Below, one piece after another: positions 52,749-62,559 of a stretch of DNA of 64,000 nt. Made by a program: the position numbers and the translations under genes. The notes below the pieces were generated by a model, which was not told where the DNA came from, did no database searches, and saw only the letters and a list, made by a program, of their open reading frames with translations. The DNA is from Myxococcota bacterium (GTDB lineage: Bacteria > Myxococcota_A > UBA796), in NCBI GenBank assembly GCA_036156175.1, contig JAYZVA010000090.1, positions 1,609 through 65,608 of the forward strand, in the 5' to 3' direction. Positions within the stretch are counted from its first letter, which is position 1. Every line of letters starts with the position of its first letter.

Positions 52749-54722
52749 ATGTTCAACCCCCCCCTGAACATTGGCCGGCGCGTCCTCAATTGTTGCGTGT
52801 GCGTTGCGGCGTTGGGCTGCAGTTCCCAGAATGCGGACTGCATGGACGGCTATGCTGTCGACCAAAATGAGCGTTGCAGGCCGATCATCGAATCGGCAGG
52901 TGACTCACTCAACACGCCCCCCACTGCACCGGCTCTGAGGATTCAGCCCACCCATCCGCGCCCATTTGGCTCGGACCTGCGCTGCGAAATTGAAAGTCCC
53001 AGCATCGATACGGACGGCGATGCGGTGGCGTACACGGTGTCGTGGACCCGAAACGGATCGCCATTCGACGCCGATGCGAGCACGCACCTGAAGGCCGACA
53101 CGGTGCTCGCCAAACACCTCAGCGAGGGCGACGAATGGGCCTGCACCGTCGCCCCCAACGACGGCACCGCCACTGGGCCCGTTGCCACCTCGACGGTCAC
53201 CGTGGGCATTGAACCCCAGCTGTGGGGCCAAGCCGACTTGTCGATGGACGATGCCGACTTCACCTTGACCGGTGAAGCGAGCGGCGAGAGCGCCGGCAGC
53301 ATGCTGGCATCGGCGGGCGACATCGATGGCGATGGCCGGATGGATTTCATCGTGGGCGACACGTGGTGGAACCATCCTCACGCGGGGTCCATGGCGGGCA
53401 AGACGTACGTGATCTTGGGCCGTCACCTCGCCGAAGAGGGCATTCAATCCCTGTCCGATGCCGCATGGAGCTTTGAAGGAGAAGAGGGCGCGGTCTACCA
53501 AGATCCCGACTGCAGCGACTCGGGCGAGGTCGAGGGCCGGTGCGGCGGAGATTGGGTGGGCCACTCTGCCGCGGGCGGCATGGATGGCGACGGGGATGGC
53601 GTTCCCGATCTGCTGATCAGCGCCTACCGGTCGGACGAGCGCGGGGTGAACCGCGGAAAGTTTGGGTTCTTCTCGGGTTCGGAATTGGGCGCCTTCGGTG
53701 TCCGCAGCGTTGGCTCAGCCGAGCTGCAAATTCACGGCGAAGCGAATGGCGACAAGCTCGCGCACAGCGTGGAATGGGCGGGAGACGTTGACGGCGACGG
53801 AATCGCCGAAGCCTTGACCGGTTCGGCGTACCACTCCGCCACGGGGCACCATGCTGGACGGGCGTACCTCATTCCGGGAACGGTGTTTGCGCAGCAAGGC
53901 GATCGCGACATCGCAGAAACGAACGCCATCGCATGGGACGGCGAGACCGCCGAGGAGCGCCTTGGACAGCTGACCGAACCGCTGGGGGACATCGATGGCG
54001 ATGGCCTCGCGGACTTCTCGTTCACGGCGCTCCGCAGCCAGGCAAACGGGGTTGGAACCGGCGAACTCGAGTTCCGGGGGTCGGGGATCGTTCACATCGT
54101 GCTGGGCGCAGACGTCGCGACCATGGAACCGGGAAGCCTTCAGTCCGTGAGCGACGCGCACGGAGCATGGATGGGCGAGCGCGGCGGCGATGCCGCGGGC
54201 GCGGCAGCCGCCCTCGGCGACGTGGACGGCGATGGGCTGCCCGACCTCGGCGTGGGCGCCTATGGACACAGCGCCGATGGCCGCGAAGCCGGCAAGGCGT
54301 ACATTGTAACGAGCGACCAGCTGAACCGGCCGGGTCGCCACGACCTTGCGACAGCGGTCTACGGTTTCCACAGCGACTCCGACCACGCCTGGGCCGGCAA
54401 GAGCCTCAGCACCGCGCACGACCTCGACCGCGACGGACGGGACGACGTGCTGGTCGGTGCCATGGGCTACACGCCCGACGGCGCGGAGTTCGCGGGCCGA
54501 AGCTACCTCCTCCTCTCCTCGACACTGGAACGGGGAACCCACAGCCTCTCCGATGCCGACTACGCCTTCGACGGCGCCACCGCCTGGGATTCTGCCGGAT
54601 CGGCGGTTCTTGGTCCCGGCGATGTCAACGGCGACGGCTTGCCAGACCTGGTGTTTGGCGCATGGCAAGGCGACTCCGCCGACGGCGCTAACGGCCGAAT
54701 TTACCTGTTTTGGAACCCATAA
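52749..54722 (+). CDS. FG-GAP/integrin-alpha-like beta-propeller lipoprotein, paralog 1
   Basis: Lipobox VAALGC. Seven Ca-binding-type repeats: DIDGDGRMDF, GMDGDGDGVPDL, DVDGDGIAEA, DIDGDGLADF, DVDGDGLPDL, DLDRDGRDDV, DVNGDGLPDL. Confidence 0.8.
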   Translation: MFNPPLNIGRRVLNCCVCVAALGCSSQNADCMDGYAVDQNERCRPIIESAGDSLNTPPTAPALRIQPTHPRPFGSDLRCEIESPSIDTDGDAVAYTVSWTRNGSPFDADASTHLKADTVLAKHLSEGDEWACTVAPNDGTATGPVATSTVTVGIEPQLWGQADLSMDDADFTLTGEASGESAGSMLASAGDIDGDGRMDFIVGDTWWNHPHAGSMAGKTYVILGRHLAEEGIQSLSDAAWSFEGEEGAVYQDPDCSDSGEVEGRCGGDWVGHSAAGGMDGDGDGVPDLLISAYRSDERGVNRGKFGFFSGSELGAFGVRSVGSAELQIHGEANGDKLAHSVEWAGDVDGDGIAEALTGSAYHSATGHHAGRAYLIPGTVFAQQGDRDIAETNAIAWDGETAEERLGQLTEPLGDIDGDGLADFSFTALRSQANGVGTGELEFRGSGIVHIVLGADVATMEPGSLQSVSDAHGAWMGERGGDAAGAAAALGDVDGDGLPDLGVGAYGHSADGREAGKAYIVTSDQLNRPGRHDLATAVYGFHSDSDHAWAGKSLSTAHDLDRDGRDDVLVGAMGYTPDGAEFAGRSYLLLSSTLERGTHSLSDADYAFDGATAWDSAGSAVLGPGDVNGDGLPDLVFGAWQGDSADGANGRIYLFWNP

Positions 54723-56695
54723 TGAAACGCATACCCCCCCTCGTTTTGGCCCCCATTGGCGTTGTTGGACTCGCGATGATGTCGGGTTGTTCCGCTGAAT
54801 CAAACGCGTGCATCGACGGCTACGCCCGTGACGCCGATGGCCGGTGCCAACCCGCGGACTACGAGACAGCGAACACCGCGCCCACAGCACCAGCAGCGGT
54901 GATTCAACCCAACCAACCGCGCGCCAACGGTTCGGATCTGGTGTGCGTCATTCAGTCGCCGAGCATCGATACCGACGGCGAGTCCATCGCGTACAGCATT
55001 GCCTGGACCCGGAATGGCACCGTCGTCGAGTCGAAAAGCCAGACAACGGTGTTTGGCGACACGATTGACGGTGCGAGACTCATGGAAGGCGACGAGTGGT
55101 CGTGCACCATCACACCCAGCGACGGCAACAGCGACGGCCCCGTCGGCTCGGCGACCGCAACCGTGGGGCCCGGATTCGCGGGATGGGACGACCAGGTCGT
55201 CTCGCTCAGCGATGCTGACTACACGTTGATCGGCGAAGCGAACGGCGGCAGCGCGGCCGGGGCCAGCCTGGCTCCCGCAGGCGACCTCGATGGCGACGGC
55301 CTGATGGACATCCTCATCAACGATTACTGGTGGGACCACCCGGAAACCGGAGCCGATGCCGGAAAGACCTACGTGTTTTTGGCCGCCGACCTCGGCGCGA
55401 ACCCGCAGATTTCATTGTCCGATGCTGCCTGGGCATTCGAGGGCGAGTTTGGCCGCCAGGAAAACGACCCCGACTGCGAAGACGCCAGCGAGTTCGACGA
55501 TCGTTGCGGCGGCGACTGGTCCGGCCACTCCATTGCGGGCGGAATGGACGGCGATGGGGATGGCGTATCCGACCTGTTGATCTGCTCCTACAAGAGCGAC
55601 GAAGGAGCCTTCAACCTGGGGAAAGCCGCGTTTTACTCCGGAGCATTGCTGGGACCGCGAGGGGTGCGCTCGATCGGCGATGCGGATGTCACCCTGTTCG
55701 GCGAGAACAGCGGCGACAACATGGGCCACAGCGTCAACTGGGCTGGCGATGTTGACGGCGATGGCGTCGCAGACATGGTCACGGGTTCGCACATTCACGG
55801 TGCGGTCGAGGAGTCTGCAGGACGCACGTACTTGATGCTGTCGGGCCACCTGACCGAACACGGCGATCGCCACCTCCCGGAAGCCGCCGACTACATCTGG
55901 GACGGGGAATACGAAAACGACCAATCCGGCAAGCGCGTCGTCCATGTGGGTGACATCGACGGCGACGGGATGGGCGACATCGCCTCCGTTGCGCTCCGGA
56001 ACCGCGACAACGGCTCGGGCCACGACATCAACGGTGAACGCCGCGGGAGCGGAAAGTTCTACATTTTGCTGAGCAGCGACATCAACGCCACGCCGCCGGG
56101 CACCGTGGCCAGCCTCAGCGACGCACCGCTCGCCTGGATGGGCGAAGAGGGCGGCGATGCACTGGGGTACGGCGTCGACACCATGGGCGACTTTGATGGC
56201 GACGGCCTTGACGACATTTGTGCGGGCTCGTTCGGTCACAGCGAAAATGGGGATGCGTCCGGCAAGTCCTACGTCATCACGGCTGCGGACATGCCGAGCG
56301 ACGGCACCCGCGACGTGGCCAATGCGTCGTACGGGTTCGTGGGCGAAGACACCAATGACTGGAGCGGTTTGGCTGTGGCATCCGCGGGCGACATCGACCG
56401 CGACGGTCGAAACGACATCACGATCGGCGCGATGGGCCACTCCACACCGGAGCGGGAGCTTGCCGGGCGCGCCTACCTGTTCTACGCCGGCAACACCGAG
56501 GCGGGAACCCACGATCTCGGCGACGCCGACCACATCTTTGATGGCGAGCGTGCGTGGGACGGCGCGGGCTACCGAACCATTGGCCCCGGCGACATGAACG
56601 GGGATGGCATGCCCGACCTGGTCATCAGCGCGTGGCAAGGCGATGCGCCCGACGGCGCAGCCGGAAAGGTGTACATCATGATGAACCCAGAGTGA
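54722..56695 (+). CDS. FG-GAP/integrin-alpha-like beta-propeller lipoprotein, paralog 2
   Basis: The ATG overlaps the upstream TAA (TAATG). Lipobox MMSGC. Colinear with paralog 1 (for example SPSIDTDGESIAYSIAWTRNG, DLDGDGLMDI ... DMNGDGMPDL). Confidence 0.8.
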   Translation: MKRIPPLVLAPIGVVGLAMMSGCSAESNACIDGYARDADGRCQPADYETANTAPTAPAAVIQPNQPRANGSDLVCVIQSPSIDTDGESIAYSIAWTRNGTVVESKSQTTVFGDTIDGARLMEGDEWSCTITPSDGNSDGPVGSATATVGPGFAGWDDQVVSLSDADYTLIGEANGGSAAGASLAPAGDLDGDGLMDILINDYWWDHPETGADAGKTYVFLAADLGANPQISLSDAAWAFEGEFGRQENDPDCEDASEFDDRCGGDWSGHSIAGGMDGDGDGVSDLLICSYKSDEGAFNLGKAAFYSGALLGPRGVRSIGDADVTLFGENSGDNMGHSVNWAGDVDGDGVADMVTGSHIHGAVEESAGRTYLMLSGHLTEHGDRHLPEAADYIWDGEYENDQSGKRVVHVGDIDGDGMGDIASVALRNRDNGSGHDINGERRGSGKFYILLSSDINATPPGTVASLSDAPLAWMGEEGGDALGYGVDTMGDFDGDGLDDICAGSFGHSENGDASGKSYVITAADMPSDGTRDVANASYGFVGEDTNDWSGLAVASAGDIDRDGRNDITIGAMGHSTPERELAGRAYLFYAGNTEAGTHDLGDADHIFDGERAWDGAGYRTIGPGDMNGDGMPDLVISAWQGDAPDGAAGKVYIMMNPE

Positions 56696-56765
56696 CCCTT
56701 CCCTGCCGCTCCGACGCAGTGGGCCCCGGCGGTTCTGCACACAACCCGCTCAACCGGCCGCCCGT

Positions 56766-57770
56766 TCAGGAGCCGCAGTCCCCGGTCTCCGCGACGTCGG
56801 GCACCGCTCCCCAGGGCTCGCGGTAGGACCACGTGTCCGCACAGGTCGTGTTCCACTTGGGCTTTGCCTGGTCCCGAAATTCAAAGTCGCCGTTGGCCCG
56901 GAACTCGCCGACCCAGAAGTTGTCGTCGTCGTACCGGGTGGCACCCATGATGATGTGCTGCACGGGATGCACGGTGGTCGCCGCCAGATCCACCCACCGA
57001 TGCAGGTGCCCCGCCAAATGAACGCGGGCATTGTCGTGCCGACCAAGGACCGTCGACAAATCCGGATTTGGCCCTTCGTTTTCGTTCCGTGCCGTTGAGG
57101 CAATCATGTGATGGTGCGACATCACCACCGTGGGGTCACCGACCGAGAGCTGGGCATCCAACCAAGCCAACTGTTCTTCGCCGTACGAGCCGGTGCCGGT
57201 CGCGCAGGCAGCGTCCGACGCATCCCAGGTCGGACCCAACTGCGAGTTCAGCAAGACGAATCGCCACGCCCCGATGGTCACCGCATCCGTGATGGGGGCG
57301 TCGAAGAAGCGCTCAAACAACCCGTGGGTAAAGTCCCGACTGTGGTGACCGTCTCCGCCGCCGCATCGCACCTCATAGTCGTGATTGCCCCACACAATGT
57401 GCAGCGGGATGGTGAGCTCGCCAAGCAAGTCCGCCGCCCGCGAAAAGGCCGTCTCTTCTTGTTCGTAGACGTCGAGGTCCGTGCCGTGGTGGGCGTCGTG
57501 AACGACATCACCGAGCAGGAACACCGCATCGGGTGCAGGCTCAATCGCGTTGATGGCGGCCACAACCGAGCGCAGCCTGTCGGGCGTCTTCATGATGCTC
57601 TCGTTGTCCAGCCCTTCACCTTCGGAACAACACGTGTACTGCGGGCCAATCACGTGTGAGTCGGCCACAAAGACCGCATTCACCGGCCCATCAACGGCGC
57701 CCGTCTCCCGGTCCTGCGGCCCCGTCTTTGTGCACCCCAAGACCGCGATCAGCGCCCACATTCCCTTCAT
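56766..57770 (-). CDS. Calcineurin-like metallophosphoesterase, lipoprotein
   Basis: Start MKGMWALIAVLGC. VFVADSHV, LLGDVVHD, VWGNHDY, GHLHRW. Confidence 0.8.
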   Translation of the reverse strand: MKGMWALIAVLGCTKTGPQDRETGAVDGPVNAVFVADSHVIGPQYTCCSEGEGLDNESIMKTPDRLRSVVAAINAIEPAPDAVFLLGDVVHDAHHGTDLDVYEQEETAFSRAADLLGELTIPLHIVWGNHDYEVRCGGGDGHHSRDFTHGLFERFFDAPITDAVTIGAWRFVLLNSQLGPTWDASDAACATGTGSYGEEQLAWLDAQLSVGDPTVVMSHHHMIASTARNENEGPNPDLSTVLGRHDNARVHLAGHLHRWVDLAATTVHPVQHIIMGATRYDDDNFWVGEFRANGDFEFRDQAKPKWNTTCADTWSYREPWGAVPDVAETGDCGS

Positions 57771-59056
57771 GCAGCCCGCCGCGACAGCCGAAAGAAATAG
57801 GCGGCCGACAGCGCAAAACACACGGTGCAGAAAGCGGCCGTCGCGTAGCTGAAGGCGGTGAAGAAATCGAGCCAAGACAACGTTGGTTGGCCGAAGTTCT
57901 TGTAGAGCAACAGCGCCACGGACCCCACGTACCCCGAAGCATCCGCCACGTAGATCAGGAACCCCGCCGTCGCCGCTCGCCCAACAACGGCGATCAGCCG
58001 GTCAAAGAGCACGCAGTTGACCGGCACGTAGCCCAAATACAGCCCAATCCCGACGCTCACCATCCACACCGCCGGCGAGATCAATCCCGCATCGTGCAGC
58101 AGCGTCGAGAACCCCGTCAGCAGCGCGCCGGCCAGCATCAGCCCGTGAACGGCCATCAGCGCGCGGCGGTTGTTCTTTACGCGCACCAACAAGGCGACGG
58201 CAAACAACGACCCGAAGGCGACAGGAAGCTCGGCGGTGGTGAGAATCGCGGGCTCATCGGCGTAGCCGAGTGCAGCCCAGATCTCGACGGCGAAGTTGTC
58301 TCGAAAGTCGCGGTAGGCCGTGAGCAGCACGTAGCCAATCACCAACAACGTCAGCCCCATCGCGTATTCACCAAAGAACGCCCGCCGGTCGGCCGCATCC
58401 ATGGGCTTTCGCTCGGTGCGTTCGGCCACGTCGGCGTCGGTCGGTTCGGGAATCTGGCTGAGCATCCACAGACAGACCCCCAAGGGGGGCAGAAACACCG
58501 CCCCCGTCGCGAACGGCATCCAGGCTTCCGGGACACCGGCACCCATGACCCATTTCCCCACGGACTTCACAAACCCGCTGGCGACAATGAAGCTGGCGCA
58601 CAGCCCGGCACCCAACAAATCGGAGACCACTCGCCCCTCCAGAAATCCGAAGACCAATCCCCAGATCATGCCCAGGGGCAGCCCGTTGAGGACCAACGCC
58701 AGCGCACACCACGGGGCGGGCAGAATCGCGAAGAGCAGCAGCGCCAGCCACGCCACGGCGATGAAGGATCCGATGGCCCGCGCGCGGTCCGCCGAGGCCA
58801 TCTCCGACACGACCTTGATGCCCAAGAACTTGCTTGCCGCGTAGCCCATGACCTGGGCCAAGATGTACAGAATCTTGAGGTCCATCTCCGGAAGCCCCGG
58901 AATCAATGCGACGCCATCGTACGTGCCCACCGCAAACGGCTTGCGAAACGCGTACATGCAGAAGTAGGTCGAGAAGGCAGCCGTCATGGCCCATGCCGCC
59001 AACAGCCGCCCGGAGCCGGCCTGAAGCCTGGCCTTGATGGATGTCATCGTGCCCAT
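57767..59056 (-). CDS. MFS-like transporter (DUF5690-type)
   Basis: About 12 hydrophobic segments; FSTYFCMYAFRKPF...; GGAGGAG lies 6 nt upstream of the ATG at 59056. The stop overlaps the downstream ATG (ATGA). Confidence 0.65.
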   Translation of the reverse strand: MGTMTSIKARLQAGSGRLLAAWAMTAAFSTYFCMYAFRKPFAVGTYDGVALIPGLPEMDLKILYILAQVMGYAASKFLGIKVVSEMASADRARAIGSFIAVAWLALLLFAILPAPWCALALVLNGLPLGMIWGLVFGFLEGRVVSDLLGAGLCASFIVASGFVKSVGKWVMGAGVPEAWMPFATGAVFLPPLGVCLWMLSQIPEPTDADVAERTERKPMDAADRRAFFGEYAMGLTLLVIGYVLLTAYRDFRDNFAVEIWAALGYADEPAILTTAELPVAFGSLFAVALLVRVKNNRRALMAVHGLMLAGALLTGFSTLLHDAGLISPAVWMVSVGIGLYLGYVPVNCVLFDRLIAVVGRAATAGFLIYVADASGYVGSVALLLYKNFGQPTLSWLDFFTAFSYATAAFCTVCFALSAAYFFRLSRRAA

Positions 59057-59211
59057 GGGCGGCTCCTCCGTCCTTCCCCAGTCTGCCACGGCTTGACCGC
59101 GGAATCACCCCGAGGGGTCGAACCCGCCCACCATCGGGCCACGCCACCGCACGCGCATCGCCCGCGCCGAGCACGGAGCCCACCGGCAACGCAGGGCGAA
59201 ACGGTCTCCAA

Positions 59212-60303
59212 CTACGGCTGCTCGGCAAACGAAAACGACACGGCCTGGAAGACGTCGCCCGTCTCTGTGTCCCGCAACGACGCATCGATGCGCCCTGCCT
59301 CCCAGTCGATCGCCATCCACCCAAAGTTGGCCTGCACCGTGGCGTCGTTGATCCGGGCGGGATCCGCTTCGGGGCGCGTCAGGCCCGCCACGAAGGGGGG
59401 AATGGTCTGATTGAGCGCGCTGCTTGTGATTTCGACGAGCACACTGCCCGCCTGCTCGTGCCGGTACAGACCGCCAATGTGCCGGTCGCCCGATGCGATG
59501 ATCACGGGACCGGCCTCGTGCAGCGCGTCCAGCAGCCGCTGCCGTTCGTGGGGCATGGTGTCCCACCGCTCCCACCCGTGGGCGGTCGAGATCACCTGAA
59601 TGCTGGACATCACGATCTTCAGGTCCGCAGGCTTCTGGATGGCCTGCTCCAGCCACGCCCACTGCGCATCGCCCAGCATGGTCGCCGCTGCCGGCGATGC
59701 TGCGTACTTTTTCCCGCCGGCCGGACCGCGCACCAGCGGCGAGCGAAAGCTGCGGGTGTCCAGTGCGATCAGCTGGACGACACGGCCGTTCATCGGGATC
59801 AACCAATCCGCGAACACCCCGGGGCGCGTTCGGCGCACGTCGTCTTCGGTCGCTTCCCAGAAGTCCAAGAAGAGGGCTTCTGCCCGGTCGCGATGCGGGA
59901 AGTCACCACCGGCATCGTTGAGCCCGTAGTCGTGATCATCCCACGTCGCAAAGAACGGTACGGCCGCCCGAAGCGAAGCAAAGGCCGGAGCGGCGGCTTG
60001 ATCGGCGTACGCTTGGGCAAGCTCGGGCAGATCCGGGGCGCTGGGTGCTCGGTCCGAAAGGTCCCCGTACACATTGTCGCCCAGCATCAACACGGCATCG
60101 GGTCGCTGCTGCGCGATGGTGGACCAGTGGGCTTGGTCGCGGGTCTGGTTGTTGCAGCTGCCAAACGCAATGACCGACGCATCGGCAGGCGCCTCCTTCG
60201 CCACCGCAAGCGGCGGAGAGGGCGGAGTGGTGGTCGACCCCAGAGGGTTCTTTCCACACGCCAGCGCAACGGAACACACCACCAAAAGTCGAAACACGCT
60301 CAC
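59212..60303 (-). CDS. PhoD-like alkaline phosphatase/phosphodiesterase, lipoprotein
   Basis: GTG start (V)SVFRLLVVCSVALAC lipobox. FGSCNNQ...LMLGDNVYGD...ATWDDHDYG...SGDRH. Confidence 0.75.
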   Translation of the reverse strand: MSVFRLLVVCSVALACGKNPLGSTTTPPSPPLAVAKEAPADASVIAFGSCNNQTRDQAHWSTIAQQRPDAVLMLGDNVYGDLSDRAPSAPDLPELAQAYADQAAAPAFASLRAAVPFFATWDDHDYGLNDAGGDFPHRDRAEALFLDFWEATEDDVRRTRPGVFADWLIPMNGRVVQLIALDTRSFRSPLVRGPAGGKKYAASPAAATMLGDAQWAWLEQAIQKPADLKIVMSSIQVISTAHGWERWDTMPHERQRLLDALHEAGPVIIASGDRHIGGLYRHEQAGSVLVEITSSALNQTIPPFVAGLTRPEADPARINDATVQANFGWMAIDWEAGRIDASLRDTETGDVFQAVSFSFAEQP

Positions 60304-60403
60304 CTCGCTGGCTCTCCAGAGCAAAAGAAATCCAACCCGCCTTAACCACCTTGGCGGCACCGACGCGGCTTGGTTCGCGGCCCGGCATGGGATACCGGCC
60401 TGC

Positions 60404-61435
60404 ATGTCCAATCCCATACTCGCCACCATCCCACTGGGCCTTCACTGGCCCACCCTCGATCCCTTTTTGTTCTGCGCGCATCACCGCGACGACTACCCCC
60501 CGGGAAACGCCAACCAAGGCGTGGAACCGGGCGCGCTCCACGGACGGTCGGTGGGCAGCGATTTCACGCTGAAGGATGGCTGGCGCATGTACCACGGACG
60601 CGAAGTCCCCGGCTTCCCCCAACACCCCCACCGAGGCTTCGAAACCGTGACGATCGCCCGGACCGGGTTCATCGACCATGCCGACTCGCTGGGGGCGCAA
60701 GCGCGCTTTGGTGAAGGCGACGTTCAGTGGATGACGGCGGGACGCGGCGTGGTTCACTCGGAGATGTTTCCGCTGGTCCAGACCCAACAGGCCAACCCCA
60801 CCGAGCTGTTCCAGGTGTGGCTCAACTTGCCCGCCAAGAGCAAGCTGGTGGACCCCTACTTCACGATGATCTGGTCCCACGACATCGCGACCGAAGTGCA
60901 CGCCGATGCCGCCGGAAACCAAACCCACGTCTCGGTGGTAGCGGGGCGCCTGGGCAGCGCCCGCGGGGCAACCACTCCCCCGGACTCATGGGCCGCCGAC
61001 CCGGACCACGGCGTCAACATCTGGACCATCATCATGCAGCCGGGCGCCACGTGGACCCTCCCGGCAACCCGAGCCAATCGGACACGGGTGCTCTACGCCT
61101 ACGACACGTCGGGCGTGGCCATTGCCGGGCAGCACACGGCCTCCGCCGCCGGCTTCCAGCTTGACCCGACTGCGGCCGTCACCGTCACCAACGAGGGCGC
61201 CCCCACCGAGATGCTGTTGCTCGAAGGGCAGCCCATCGAGGAACCGGTGGCCCAACACGGTCCGTTTGTCATGAACACCCGGGCGGAGCTCGCCGAGGCG
61301 TTTCGCGACTACCAACGCGATGGGTTCGGCGGCTGGCCGTGGCCGGCGGTCGATCCGGTGCTGCCCCGGAGCGAAGGCCGCTTCGCGCGACACGCCGACG
61401 GTCGGGTGGAGCGGCCCACCAAGGGTTCGAACTAA
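60404..61435 (+). CDS. Pirin-family protein
   Basis: FPQHPHRGFETVTI...GDVQWMTAGRGVVHSEMF (cupin metal ligands). Confidence 0.85.
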   Translation: MSNPILATIPLGLHWPTLDPFLFCAHHRDDYPPGNANQGVEPGALHGRSVGSDFTLKDGWRMYHGREVPGFPQHPHRGFETVTIARTGFIDHADSLGAQARFGEGDVQWMTAGRGVVHSEMFPLVQTQQANPTELFQVWLNLPAKSKLVDPYFTMIWSHDIATEVHADAAGNQTHVSVVAGRLGSARGATTPPDSWAADPDHGVNIWTIIMQPGATWTLPATRANRTRVLYAYDTSGVAIAGQHTASAAGFQLDPTAAVTVTNEGAPTEMLLLEGQPIEEPVAQHGPFVMNTRAELAEAFRDYQRDGFGGWPWPAVDPVLPRSEGRFARHADGRVERPTKGSN

Positions 61436-61450
61436 TTGCGGTGACCGGGC

Positions 61451-62503
61451 CTACGGAGCCGCCAACGCCAGCTCCCACACCTCAACCTTCTCGCGGGTCC
61501 GGCGCTGGGAGCCGTCCGAGCCGCGGGTCGGCTTCACCTTGCGCTGCAGTCGCTGCACCAGTCGAAACCGGTCACCGGCGAGCTCGGCATCGATGGGGTG
61601 CGGCACATCGGGCTGGACCAATCGAATGATGTTCGAGAACACAATGATCACGCGGCCGTCAGGGGCCATCGCGGCCGCGGCCTGGTCGAAAAAGCGTTCG
61701 AACAGGCCGTCCTGAAAACAGAGGGCTTGATCGAGGATGTCGTCGGTTTCGCCCCGCGTCCACGGCGGATTGAACACGACGAGGTCGGGCGACCCCGGTG
61801 CCGCCTCGAGCAGATCGGCGCACACGGGCGTCACGGCCGATGCATGCGGTAACCGCTTCAACTCGCGTCGGACGCTCTCGGTTGCGTTGGGGTTGTTGTC
61901 GGTCGCCGTCACCCGCTCAAAGCCGGCCTTCGCCAGCATGAAGGCGAGCACGCCGCAGCCGGTCCCCACATCCACCGCGTGCGCCCGGCGGCCAGCGTAT
62001 TGGCTCAGCCACGTCCCGAAGAGCTCCAGGTGGGTGGTGCGCGCCGGAGCGTAGGTGCCGTAAAACGGGTGGACCGAATGCCCAAGCACGGCCAAGGGCA
62101 CGCCCTTGATGTGCCGCTGGTTTGCTCCATGAAGCGCCTGAACTTCAATGAACGGAAGGTCAAAGCGGTGTTGGTCGGGGTACAGATCGCCAAGCAGTCC
62201 GTTTGGTTCGGCGCCCTCGAGCAGCACGCGGTGCTCGAACACTGGAGCCACCAGCCGGAGCGCCGTCGCCCGAACGCGCCGGGAGTGCGCCCGCCGCGCG
62301 GCGTACGATGAACCCTTTCCGGGCGGCTTCATGGCGGCATTCAGTGCGTCCAACACCGCCACTCCCGCCGCGTACGTGGTCGTGAGCCGTCGCACGTTGC
62401 CCGCCAGCAGCGACTGGGCCACTGCGCGCGGTTCCTCGGAAGCGTCCACGTTGCGAATGGAAGCTTTTTCAATCGGTGCGGGTCGAAGCAGTGTGAGGGT
62501 CAT
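61451..62503 (-). CDS. Class I SAM-dependent methyltransferase with NPPW motif (HemK/RsmC-like)
   Basis: VDVGTGCGVLAFML (motif I) and VVFNPPWTRGE (motif IV). Confidence 0.7.
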   Translation of the reverse strand: MTLTLLRPAPIEKASIRNVDASEEPRAVAQSLLAGNVRRLTTTYAAGVAVLDALNAAMKPPGKGSSYAARRAHSRRVRATALRLVAPVFEHRVLLEGAEPNGLLGDLYPDQHRFDLPFIEVQALHGANQRHIKGVPLAVLGHSVHPFYGTYAPARTTHLELFGTWLSQYAGRRAHAVDVGTGCGVLAFMLAKAGFERVTATDNNPNATESVRRELKRLPHASAVTPVCADLLEAAPGSPDLVVFNPPWTRGETDDILDQALCFQDGLFERFFDQAAAAMAPDGRVIIVFSNIIRLVQPDVPHPIDAELAGDRFRLVQRLQRKVKPTRGSDGSQRRTREKVEVWELALAAP

Positions 62504-62559
62504 GGTGGGGCGCCTTCCTTCACGCCGCAGCTAAGGGTATAGCACCAAAAGGGGGACGA

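Noticed and set aside
59114-59133. tRNA-like 3' end: GGGGTCGAACCCGCCCACCA resembles a T-arm (GGTTCGAAYCC) followed by an acceptor stem and CCA. It lies in the spacer between the PhoD-like gene and the transporter gene.
   Set aside because: I could not build a 5-bp T-stem with a 7-nt loop, nor matching acceptor, D and anticodon arms, from the upstream 60 nt. It is probably a chance similarity, or at most a tRNA-fragment relic.
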